From Candidatus Binatia bacterium (GTDB taxonomy: Bacteria; Desulfobacterota; Binatia; HRBIN30), in NCBI GenBank assembly GCA_036382395.1, contig DASVHW010000155.1, forward strand, positions 1 to 51,357: a DNA stretch of 51,357 nt. Direction: 5' to 3'. The translations under genes were made by a program, and so were the position numbers. The notes under the pieces are model-generated. The model saw only the letters and a program-made list of their open reading frames with translations. It was not told the DNA's origin and made no database searches. How positions within the stretch are numbered: position 1 is the stretch's first letter; the number at the start of each line of letters is the position of its first letter. Below, in pieces: positions 36,195 through 44,010 of this stretch.

Positions 36195-37116
36195 GCTCAT
36201 TGAGCTCACCAAGCACTTTCGAACGAACTGGATGTTCCGCACGGTCCGTGCCGTGGACCGTCTCACGCTGTCGGTAAAAGACGGCGAGGTCTTCGGGCTT
36301 ATCGGCCACAACGGATCAGGCAAGACCACTACCTTCAAATTGCTTGTGGGATTATTGCGACCGACGCATGGCGTTGTGCTTTGGGATGGTGCGCCACTCG
36401 AGTGGTGCCAACCGCGCGGCTCGATCGGGTTCGCGCCGGAACAACCATACTTCTACGATTACCTGACCGTGCGGGAGACATTGAATTTCTACGGTCAACT
36501 GTACGGTATGAAAGCGGCCCAGCGCTGGCAGCGTGTCAATGCCCTGGGGGCGGAGCTTCAGATCGCGCACAAGATGGACGCGCCGATCCGGACGCTGTCG
36601 AAGGGCACTCTGCAGCGCGTCGCGGTTGCGCAGGCCATCATGCAGCAGCCCCGGCTCGTCATCCTCGATGAGCCAATGTCGGGACTCGATCCCGCCGGGC
36701 GCAAGCACATGCGTGAGTTGATCCTGTCGCTCAAACAAAACGGGACGACGGTTCTTTTTTCTTCCCACGTGCTGAGTGATGCCGAAGCGCTTTGCGATCG
36801 CGTCGCGATTCTCGTCGAAGGACAATTGCGGGAGGTCGTCGAGCTAGGCCAGGACGCCGCCGCTCCGACATCGTATACGCTGGTGTGCGTCGAGGTGCCC
36901 AGTCAGACCCTGGCCGCGCTGGGGCGCATTGCCGTGGCGCCGCCCGCTGGCGGACCCAAGCGCTGGACCGTCAAATGCGCAGACCAGGTTGCGGTTCGTG
37001 CCGTTCTTGCAGAGTTACAGGCTGCCGGCGCATATGTGGAAGCCATTATGCCGGAACGGCCAACGCTCGAACAACGGTTTATGCACCATGTTGGAAAGGG
37101 CGCTGCTGCGGACTGA
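36178..37116 (+). CDS. ABC transporter ATP-binding protein (pilus-cluster ABC, Myxococcus PilH-like position)
   Basis: Walker A GHNGSGKTTT, signature LSKGTLQRV, Walker B LVILDEPMSGLD. Confidence 0.85.
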   Translation: MGLVLELIELTKHFRTNWMFRTVRAVDRLTLSVKDGEVFGLIGHNGSGKTTTFKLLVGLLRPTHGVVLWDGAPLEWCQPRGSIGFAPEQPYFYDYLTVRETLNFYGQLYGMKAAQRWQRVNALGAELQIAHKMDAPIRTLSKGTLQRVAVAQAIMQQPRLVILDEPMSGLDPAGRKHMRELILSLKQNGTTVLFSSHVLSDAEALCDRVAILVEGQLREVVELGQDAAAPTSYTLVCVEVPSQTLAALGRIAVAPPAGGPKRWTVKCADQVAVRAVLAELQAAGAYVEAIMPERPTLEQRFMHHVGKGAAAD

Positions 37117-37267
37117 CTTCATATATGCCTGTCTGGGTCATGGGCGCGCACTGCACCGTTACCTGCTGCCGAGTGGCAGTTCGGCGAGATCGTTTGCCCG
37201 TACCGTGCGCGCAGAAGCCCAATCTGCAGCGCCCAGGGCGCCCGTGGTTCGGGCGCGTACATGCGAG

Positions 37268-39031
37268 ATGAAATCGACGGCGACGCAGCGGACAATCTCG
37301 AAGCGTGCCCTGCTCTTGCTGGTCGTGCTTGCCATGTTTCCGTACGCCAATGCCTTGAACGCTGGCTTTACCTTCGACGACGAGGCCGACATCCAGAAAA
37401 ACCCCGCCATCACAGGTGGCCTTGACTTGGCGCGGATAGTTGCTGCTCCATTTCCTCCCGGCACGATATATCGTCCGTTCGCCGTGTTGACCTTTGCTCT
37501 CAATGAGAGGCTAGCGCCGGGGAACACCGTCGCGTACCACGGTGTGAACGTCTTGTTGCACGCGGGTGTCGCTGTTCTCGTTTTCGTTCTCGCCAGACGC
37601 CTGTTCGGTTCGGTTCGAACTGCGCAGATTGCTGCCGTGCTGTTCGCGCTCCATCCGGTCCACACGGAAGCGGTCACCAGCCTGGTTGGCAGGACGGAGC
37701 TGTTGGCGGCTCTGTTTGGCCTGGCAGCGATCCTGAGTATGGACCGAGCCGATACCGCCGCGCATTGGCCGGCGCGGGTCAGCTTGTACCTGCTTTCGCT
37801 CACAAGCTTCTCGCTCGCCTTATTCAGCAAGGAGAGCGCGCTGGTGGTCGTGCCGCTCATCCTATTGTTTCGCATCGCCCGTCGTAGGGAGCCATTGGTG
37901 ACAGGCCTTGTGACCCAGTTGGGCAGCCTCGATTGGGTTCCGTATGCGCTGTGTGCGGGTGTCTTCCTGTTCTTCCGGTACCTGGTGGTGGGGGGCCTGA
38001 TGGTGAACACCCCCACTCCACTCGACAATGCACTGGCGTTTGTTCCGTGGAGCATCCGCGTTCGTTCCGCCCTGGGTATTCTCTGGGATTACTTCGGGCT
38101 TCTGAACTTCCCCCTCGTACTGGCCGCAGATTATTCTTACGCACAGGTCCACATTATCGATACCTGGACCACCCCGAGGTTCGTGGCCGGGCTAGCGTTA
38201 GGGGTGGCTGCAGGGTGTGTGATTGTACGTGATCGCCGGCCGGCCATTACCTTCGCAGTGGCGTTTCCGTTCGTTGCGTTGTCTCTGACCTCCAACCTGT
38301 TATTTCCTGTTGGCACGATCAAGGCGGAGAGGCTCTTGTATTTCCCATCCGTAGGGTGGGCGCTTCTGGTCGCGTTCGGATTCGATCACCTGACACGCGT
38401 GCAACGGTACCGTCCGATCATCATCGGGCTCTTAGCGATCCTGGTTGGAGCTTTCGCGCTTCGCACTTGGACGCGGAATTCGGACTGGCTCGACGATGCG
38501 ACCCTCTATCGCAGCATGGTACGCAGCGCGCCGAACAGCGCCAAAGCGCACTACAATATGGGGGTCGCCTTCCAGAAAGAGGGCGCTGACGCGGCAGCCA
38601 TTGCCGAATTTCGTCGCGCGCTGGAGATCTATCCCTATGATGCCGGTGCCGGCGCACCGTTGGGGATCGGGATCTCCTACGAGAAGCAGGGGCGTATGGA
38701 TCAAGCCATTGAGTGGTACAAGAAGGCCTTGGACCTCGAGCCGGAACTCGGCGGGGCGCATACCAACCTGTGCCGTGCCCTGTTGCGCGAGAGGCGGTTT
38801 GACGAAGCGGCCACTGCGTGCCGCAGGGGTCTACGCTACTCTCCCAGCGACGCCAATCTGCTCAAGTGGCTGGGGGCAAGCCTCGTCGGCGCGGGAGAGA
38901 TGGGGAAGGGGGTCGCGGTGTGGCGCCGTTCACTCGCGCTCAACGAACAGGATGAAGAATTGCGTGACCGCCTGGCTCAGCTAGAGTCCGCCAGTGCGGG
39001 GTCAGATCAGCGCGTGGTGGCGCCGCGATGA
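37268..39031 (+). CDS. GT-C fold, TMTC/PMT-like polytopic glycosyltransferase with C-terminal TPR repeats
   Basis: FPYANALNAGFTFDDEADIQKNPAI (TMTC/DUF1736-like N-terminal loop with DD/DE). About 10 hydrophobic segments. TPR repeats (AKAHYNMGVAFQKEG..., GISYEKQGRMDQAIEWYKKALDLEP...). The start is uncertain: ATG 37268 is preferred, and ATG 37088 would overlap the ABC ATPase gene. Confidence 0.75.
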   Translation: MKSTATQRTISKRALLLLVVLAMFPYANALNAGFTFDDEADIQKNPAITGGLDLARIVAAPFPPGTIYRPFAVLTFALNERLAPGNTVAYHGVNVLLHAGVAVLVFVLARRLFGSVRTAQIAAVLFALHPVHTEAVTSLVGRTELLAALFGLAAILSMDRADTAAHWPARVSLYLLSLTSFSLALFSKESALVVVPLILLFRIARRREPLVTGLVTQLGSLDWVPYALCAGVFLFFRYLVVGGLMVNTPTPLDNALAFVPWSIRVRSALGILWDYFGLLNFPLVLAADYSYAQVHIIDTWTTPRFVAGLALGVAAGCVIVRDRRPAITFAVAFPFVALSLTSNLLFPVGTIKAERLLYFPSVGWALLVAFGFDHLTRVQRYRPIIIGLLAILVGAFALRTWTRNSDWLDDATLYRSMVRSAPNSAKAHYNMGVAFQKEGADAAAIAEFRRALEIYPYDAGAGAPLGIGISYEKQGRMDQAIEWYKKALDLEPELGGAHTNLCRALLRERRFDEAATACRRGLRYSPSDANLLKWLGASLVGAGEMGKGVAVWRRSLALNEQDEELRDRLAQLESASAGSDQRVVAPR

Positions 39032-39795
39032 TGATCCTCGCCATAGCCCTCAACACCAGTCGAGAGGCTATCCGTAACAAGGTTCTCTATTCCATCCTGC
39101 TCTTCGCCTGTTTGGTGACGGCGATTTCTGCGGCCTTCGGATCGGCGTCGATCGGCGACACCAGCAAGTTTGTCAAGGATTTCAGCCTGTTCAGCATCTC
39201 CCTTTTCGGCGTGGTGACGACCGTGGTGCTGGGTGTCACGCTGCTCCACAAAGAGCTGGTGAAGCGCACCATCTACAACATCCTATCCAAACCGGTGGCG
39301 CGTTGGCAGTTTCTTCTGGGCAAGTTCTTGGGACTATTCGTGACCCTGGCGATCATGATGCTGTTGATGACCACGGCCCTGTTGGTCCTGCTGTGGTTTC
39401 TGGAGCACCGCATCGACTGGGAGCTGTTGCCGGTGATCGGTGCGATGATGCTGGAACTCACCGTGCTGCTGGCAGTGGCCATCTTCTTCTCCTCGATGGT
39501 CGTCACTCCGACGCTGGCTGGGTTGTTCACTGTCGGGACGTTCATCGCCGGCCGCTCGTCGGCGGTGCTGGCGTACTTCTTCAACGCCGAGCAGCCGGTT
39601 GCCTTGCGATACGCCATCAAGGTGCTCTACGTTGCGCTGCCGCACCTCGACCGGTTGTACGTGGCAGACCAAGTTGTATCTGGCGTGGCCCTTCCGGCTT
39701 CCTATTACCTGTACGCTACGGTGTACGCGCTGGGGTACGTTACGCTCTTGTTGCTGCTCAGCATGGTGATCTTCCGTCGCCGAGAATTTCTGTAG
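39028..39795 (+). CDS. ABC-2 type transporter permease (Myxococcus PilI-like position)
   Basis: 255-aa protein with six hydrophobic segments. ATGA-type overlap with the upstream gene. Confidence 0.75.
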   Translation: MMILAIALNTSREAIRNKVLYSILLFACLVTAISAAFGSASIGDTSKFVKDFSLFSISLFGVVTTVVLGVTLLHKELVKRTIYNILSKPVARWQFLLGKFLGLFVTLAIMMLLMTTALLVLLWFLEHRIDWELLPVIGAMMLELTVLLAVAIFFSSMVVTPTLAGLFTVGTFIAGRSSAVLAYFFNAEQPVALRYAIKVLYVALPHLDRLYVADQVVSGVALPASYYLYATVYALGYVTLLLLLSMVIFRRREFL

Positions 39796-39833
39796 GCGCG
39801 CTCAATGATCCCACCGGTGCCATTGCGCACCAG

Positions 39834-40073
39834 ATGCTTGGCCGGGCCTACTATGGCGGTGGTGATTCGGTGAATGCTGAACGCGAGCTGGTGGTGGCGC
39901 TGCGGCTTTCGGACCATGATCCTGATACCTACTTGTATCTGGCGAAGGTGTATGCTGGCCGCGGCGCCACGGCGTTGGCGCGGACGCACCTGCGGCGCTT
40001 TCTCGAGCTGGTACCCGGCGACCCAGAAGGGTTAGAGTTGCTGACGACGATCACTAGTGGCGATGGAGCCTAA
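39834..40073 (+). CDS. Small TPR-like ORF (79 aa), possibly a gene remnant
   Basis: MLGRAYYGGGDSVNAERELVVALRLSDHDPDTYLYLAKVYAGRGATALARTHLRRFLELVPGDPEG looks like about two TPR units. This is the only part of track ORF 39303..40073 that lies outside the permease gene. Confidence 0.35.
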   Translation: MLGRAYYGGGDSVNAERELVVALRLSDHDPDTYLYLAKVYAGRGATALARTHLRRFLELVPGDPEGLELLTTITSGDGA

Positions 40074-40076
40074 CCA

Positions 40077-40844
40077 ATGCTGTATCTGATGGCCTTTGTC
40101 AGCGGGGCAATGATCGGGAGCTTCCTCAACGTGTGCATTTACCGCTTGCCGGCAGGCGAATCGATCGTGTTTCCATCCTCTCACTGCCCCGCTTGCGGCG
40201 TGCCGATTTCTTACCGCGACAACATTCCGCTGCTTGGCTATCTGCTGCTGCGCGGGCGCTGTCGCGCCTGCGGTGGCGCGATTTCCCTTCGCTATCCCCT
40301 CGTGGAGGCACTTACCGGTGTCGCCATGGTGCTGCTCCTGTATCAATTCGGTGTCTCCCCAGCGCTCGTGGTGTACGGCTTTTTCGTGGCGGCCCTGATC
40401 GTCATCAGTTTCATCGATTTGGATCATCAGATCATTCCGGACGTCATTAGCCTGCCGGGTATCGTCGTCGGCTTGGTCTGTTCGGCCCTCGGCCAAGGTC
40501 CGCCGTTTGTTGCCAGCGTGCTTGGCGCCCTGGTCGGTGGCGGCATCTTGTATGCGGTCGCCGTTGGGTACCACGCTATCACTGGGCGGGAAGGCATGGG
40601 TGGGGGCGACATCAAGTTGCTGGCGATGATCGGCGCCTTCCTTGGCTGGCGCGCCGTGCTTGTGACCCTCCTTGTTGGCTCTTTTTCTGGCGCCCTTGTC
40701 GGGGTTGCCTTGATCGCGGCCCGAGGTACCGATGCCCGCATGCCGATTCCGTTCGGCCCGTTTCTCGCCCTGGGCGCAGTCTGCGCGCTTGCCTTCGGCG
40801 AGCGATTGATCGAGTGGTACCTGCGCTTTGCGTTCGCCATGTAA
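40077..40844 (+). CDS. pilD: Prepilin peptidase / N-methyltransferase PilD (A24 family)
   Basis: GSFLNVCIYRLP...CPACG...RGRCRACG zinc motif. Catalytic-Asp contexts FIDLDHQIIPD and GGGDIKLLAMIG. Confidence 0.9.
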   Translation: MLYLMAFVSGAMIGSFLNVCIYRLPAGESIVFPSSHCPACGVPISYRDNIPLLGYLLLRGRCRACGGAISLRYPLVEALTGVAMVLLLYQFGVSPALVVYGFFVAALIVISFIDLDHQIIPDVISLPGIVVGLVCSALGQGPPFVASVLGALVGGGILYAVAVGYHAITGREGMGGGDIKLLAMIGAFLGWRAVLVTLLVGSFSGALVGVALIAARGTDARMPIPFGPFLALGAVCALAFGERLIEWYLRFAFAM

Positions 40845-40877
40845 TTATCTCCCGGTGTTGTCACGTCGCCTGCCCAC

Positions 40878-40907
40878 TTGCAACTGTACCGTCTTATGCA
40901 GTAGTAT
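40878..40907 (+). promoter_or_regulatory. Sigma-70-like promoter candidate for the minor-pilin operon
   Basis: TTGCAA-N18-TAGTAT. A 7-bp-arm palindrome gcattgc-c-gcaatgc lies at ~40935..40949. Confidence 0.35.
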
Positions 40908-40968
40908 TTGCGCCTGATAGTGTAGGTGTCCGCCGCATTGCCGCAATGCGTCGGGGGCGTGTCGTCGT

Positions 40969-41412
40969 ATGGGTAGTGGCAGGGGATTTTCTCTCTTGGA
41001 GTTGATCGTCGTTCTGTCGCTCGTGTCGATTCTGGCTGGGCTCGGCGGGCTGGCGCACCAGACGTTGCGTCCGCGGTTGAATCTCAGCATGGCCGCCCGG
41101 GAACTGATGATGGACTTGAAACTGGTGCGGATGCGTGCGGTCGCGGAGCATGTCAATTACCGCATCGTGTTCCCTGACGGGAGTGCGAGCTATCAGCCGC
41201 AGCGCAAGGTCACGGGCGGTTACAAGAATGAGGGTCGTCCCGTATCGCTTCCTCGTGGCGTCCTGATCGCTGACTGCACGGCGCGCGACGGGGCCATCAG
41301 TTTCGTGCCGCGGGGTAACGCTGGGAGTTTCGGCACCGTGACGATTCGCAACGAGACGGGCGAAGAGCGCCACGTCAGCGTCAACATTGCAGGCCAGATG
41401 CGGGCGTACTAG
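40969..41412 (+). CDS. GspH/FimT-like minor pilin
   Basis: Class III signal MGSGRG|FSLLELIVVLSLVSILAG. LSMAARELMMDLKLVRMRAV is typical of the GspH/FimT family. Confidence 0.75.
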   Translation: MGSGRGFSLLELIVVLSLVSILAGLGGLAHQTLRPRLNLSMAARELMMDLKLVRMRAVAEHVNYRIVFPDGSASYQPQRKVTGGYKNEGRPVSLPRGVLIADCTARDGAISFVPRGNAGSFGTVTIRNETGEERHVSVNIAGQMRAY

Positions 41413-41414
41413 TC

Positions 41415-41759
41415 GTGGAAGGCCCTACGGTCAAAGGGTTCACCTTGGTGGAGCTGATGGTGGCGCTTGTCCTGCTGTCTGTGGCTGCGCTCGGGCTGAC
41501 GAGCACGCTAATCAGCACGCACCGGGCGTTGAGAGTCAGCCAGAAATGGATGGAAGCGACGCAGTTGGCGATCGAGGGCATCGAACAGCTACGCGCTGGT
41601 CAGGTTCCCGCCTCGGCGCCAAGCGCGGGGGCCTTTGCTCGCTCTGCGGTCATCGTACCCTGGGACGGGCATTTCGGATTGCAGCAACTGGAGGTGACGG
41701 TGTCATGGAACGATGGCGAACAGCACAGGTTCCAGCTGGTAACATTGGCACGCCGCTGA
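41415..41759 (+). CDS. pilV: PilV-like minor pilin
   Basis: GTG start. MEGPTVKG|FTLVELMVALVLLSVAALG. Small protein (114 aa). Confidence 0.7.
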   Translation: MEGPTVKGFTLVELMVALVLLSVAALGLTSTLISTHRALRVSQKWMEATQLAIEGIEQLRAGQVPASAPSAGAFARSAVIVPWDGHFGLQQLEVTVSWNDGEQHRFQLVTLARR

Positions 41760-42361
41760 AGCCAGACCTCGGCACTCAGCGCGGCACGAGCTTGGTCGAG
41801 CTGCTCACCAGCATGGTGTGCGTCTCGCTGTTGATGGCGATGTCCTACGGTTTTGCCTGCAACGCCTTTTTGAGCGCGCGGGTACAGGAGGGGAAAAGCG
41901 ACGCTCAGGAGGTGACGCTCATGGCGATCGACCTTCTGACGCGCGAAGTGCGCATGGCCGGCTTCAGTGCCGCGGGGAAGCCTGTGATTGGTGTGCGTGT
42001 CGCTGCCGCAGAATACGTGGAAGTGGCGAGCGACTTCGACGGAGACGGCGATAGCGACGAGGCCAACGAACTGATCGCGTATAGTTATAATGACAACAAG
42101 CACCAGCTCGTCCGGGCCACCGGTGGCGCCAGTCCACAGCCGTTGGTGCCGAACGTGCCACCGGGTGGGCTCCGATTTTCGTACTTCGATGCAAGCGGAG
42201 CCGAGATTCCCGTGTCCGCCGGAACCCTGCCGCTCGAACAGCGTCGGCGTATTCGCCGCGTCGACGTTGTGTTACGCACGCAGTCGGCGGATGCCGACCC
42301 GGCCGGCGCGTTGCCGTCTATCTCCACGGTGTCGAGCAGCATTTGCCTCCGCAACCAGTAG
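41705..42361 (+). CDS. pilW: PilW-like minor pilin
   Basis: ...QRG|TSLVELLTSMVCVSLLMAMS then LLTREVRMAGF, typical of PilW. It is the C-terminal part of track ORF 41387..42361. The start is uncertain: the ATG at 41705 overlaps pilV by 55 nt. Confidence 0.6.
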   Translation: MERWRTAQVPAGNIGTPLKPDLGTQRGTSLVELLTSMVCVSLLMAMSYGFACNAFLSARVQEGKSDAQEVTLMAIDLLTREVRMAGFSAAGKPVIGVRVAAAEYVEVASDFDGDGDSDEANELIAYSYNDNKHQLVRATGGASPQPLVPNVPPGGLRFSYFDASGAEIPVSAGTLPLEQRRRIRRVDVVLRTQSADADPAGALPSISTVSSSICLRNQ

Positions 42362-42369
42362 TCAGATCG

Positions 42370-43479
42370 ATGACTCAGCGCGGCACCGCATTGGTCGTCA
42401 CTCTGAGCATTATCATGGTCCTGTTGCCTCTGGGGGCCTACCTGGTCCTGCAGTGCCGTACGGATCTGATGATTCAGCGCAATTTCCGCAACGAAGTGGA
42501 GGCGTTCTACGTCGCCGAAGCCGGACTCGATCACGCCGTTGCTGACATCCCCCCGGGGCAGTCTTTCGACGATGTTCTGGCCGGCCCTGACGGCATCGCC
42601 GGCACCGCCGATGATGGCCTTTTTCCATTCAGCGAGGGAGCGGCGGGTGAGTTCCCGTATCCGCCGTTTCACTATGAGGTGCGCGTTACCCCGACCGCAA
42701 ACAACTCGCTCTCCATTCTGAGTCATGGCACCGGGAAAGACGGCGCTACCAAAGTGGTCGGGGCATTGGTCTCGCGCTCCCCGCTCCCCTTCACTCCAGC
42801 TGCGCTATATGTCCAGAACAATATGGGACGAGTGGAACTCGGCCCTGGCACGTTCTTGTTGTCCGGGTTGGACCATCGTCTGGATGATACACCAGAGAAG
42901 CCGAGCGGAACCGCGGCGCCGGTCCCTGCTTTGGGCAGCCCAGATGGCGAGGCGGAGTCGGCGTTGCGAAACCATCTGCCCGATGAACTCGCCGGGCGCT
43001 TCCTCGGTGCCGGTGGCCCTCCGAGCATAGCCGTGACTCCGCCTTTCGATGTTGGGGCGCTGGCGTTGCGATTGGCTGACCAGCCCCAATGCGCCAGATT
43101 CGGTGCCGTCGCCTCCGGTGAGTCGCTGGAATTCGGAACGCCACGCGTACCGCAGATCTCGCTCGTAAGCGGCGACGTCGAGGTGCCCGGTCGCCTTGTT
43201 GGCAATGGCGTGCTCGTCATTCAGGGCACTTTGCACGTCGGCGGCACGTTCGACTTCACCGGAATTGTGATCGCGTTGGGGGGGCTGGTCTTTGACCCGT
43301 CAAGCAATGTCGAGATCGCTGGCGCGTTCTGGCATGGAAGGACAGAGGACGAGCGGCTGCGGCTGCTGGGGACGGGCGCGATCATGTACAGTAGCTTGGC
43401 CCTTGCCGGCGTCGACAACGCATTCCCCGGACTGCTTCCTCATGCGGCGGTCGTGACGGGTTGGGTCGAAGAGTTGTAA
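42370..43479 (+). CDS. pilX: PilX-N-domain pilus assembly protein
   Basis: MTQRGTALVVTLSIIMVLLPLGAYLVLQ...NEVEAFYVAEAGLDHA (PilX N-terminal domain pattern). Confidence 0.65.
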   Translation: MTQRGTALVVTLSIIMVLLPLGAYLVLQCRTDLMIQRNFRNEVEAFYVAEAGLDHAVADIPPGQSFDDVLAGPDGIAGTADDGLFPFSEGAAGEFPYPPFHYEVRVTPTANNSLSILSHGTGKDGATKVVGALVSRSPLPFTPAALYVQNNMGRVELGPGTFLLSGLDHRLDDTPEKPSGTAAPVPALGSPDGEAESALRNHLPDELAGRFLGAGGPPSIAVTPPFDVGALALRLADQPQCARFGAVASGESLEFGTPRVPQISLVSGDVEVPGRLVGNGVLVIQGTLHVGGTFDFTGIVIALGGLVFDPSSNVEIAGAFWHGRTEDERLRLLGTGAIMYSSLALAGVDNAFPGLLPHAAVVTGWVEEL

Positions 43480-43532
43480 ATCCTCCCGTCTTGGGAGTAA
43501 CGAGCTAGGCGTAATGCGGGGGCCGGCGGGCT

Positions 43533-43561
43533 TTGCAAGCGGCAGGGTCGGGCGATATAAG
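43533..43561 (+). promoter_or_regulatory. Sigma-70-like promoter candidate upstream of the CheY-like genes
   Basis: TTGCAA-N17-TATAAG, ~35 nt upstream of the ATG at 43597. Confidence 0.35.
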
Positions 43562-43596
43562 ATAAGAAGGCGTTTGTCCCTGCCTATGGAGAGAAA

Positions 43597-43971
43597 ATGG
43601 CAAAGAAAATTCTAGTCGTGGAAGATGACACTGACAACCGCCGCATCGTCGCTAAGGTGCTCTCCGTCGAAGGCTACCGTGTCATCGAAGCGACCGATGG
43701 AGTCGAGGCCCTCTCCCAGGCGCGGAGCGAACACCCCGATTTGATTCTCATGGACCTGGCCATGCCCAACATAGATGGATGGGAGGCGACACGACAATTG
43801 AAGGGCGATCCCCAAACGCGCAGTATCCCCGTGGTGGCGCTGACTGCGGTTGCCATGCGTGGCGATGAAGAGCAGGCCCGTGCGGCTGGCTGCGACGACT
43901 ACCTCCCAAAGCCAGCCCGGCCGGTTGCCATTCGTGCCATGGTGAAGAAATACACCGGCGGAGCGGCCTGA
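43597..43971 (+). CDS. Single-domain response regulator (CheY-like receiver)
   Basis: KILVVEDDTDNRRIV...DLILMDLAMPNIDGWE...PVVALTA...DYLPKP. Confidence 0.85.
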   Translation: MAKKILVVEDDTDNRRIVAKVLSVEGYRVIEATDGVEALSQARSEHPDLILMDLAMPNIDGWEATRQLKGDPQTRSIPVVALTAVAMRGDEEQARAAGCDDYLPKPARPVAIRAMVKKYTGGAA

Positions 43972-44010
43972 CCCAGCAGCCTCGTTAGGCTGCGGAGGCA
44001 AAAGACTCTA

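Noticed and set aside
36929-37267. 5' extension of the glycosyltransferase ORF
   Set aside because: It overlaps 188 nt of the ABC ATPase gene in another frame and is Arg/Pro-rich. The hydrophobic N-terminus typical of the family begins after ATG 37268. ATG 37088 is kept as an alternative.
39303-40073. 256-aa ORF overlapping the ABC-2 permease
   Set aside because: The first ~165 codons are an alternate frame of the permease gene, with Gly/Arg/Ala-rich content. Only the last ~80 codons, beyond the permease stop, look protein-like, and these are reported separately as a low-confidence TPR ORF.
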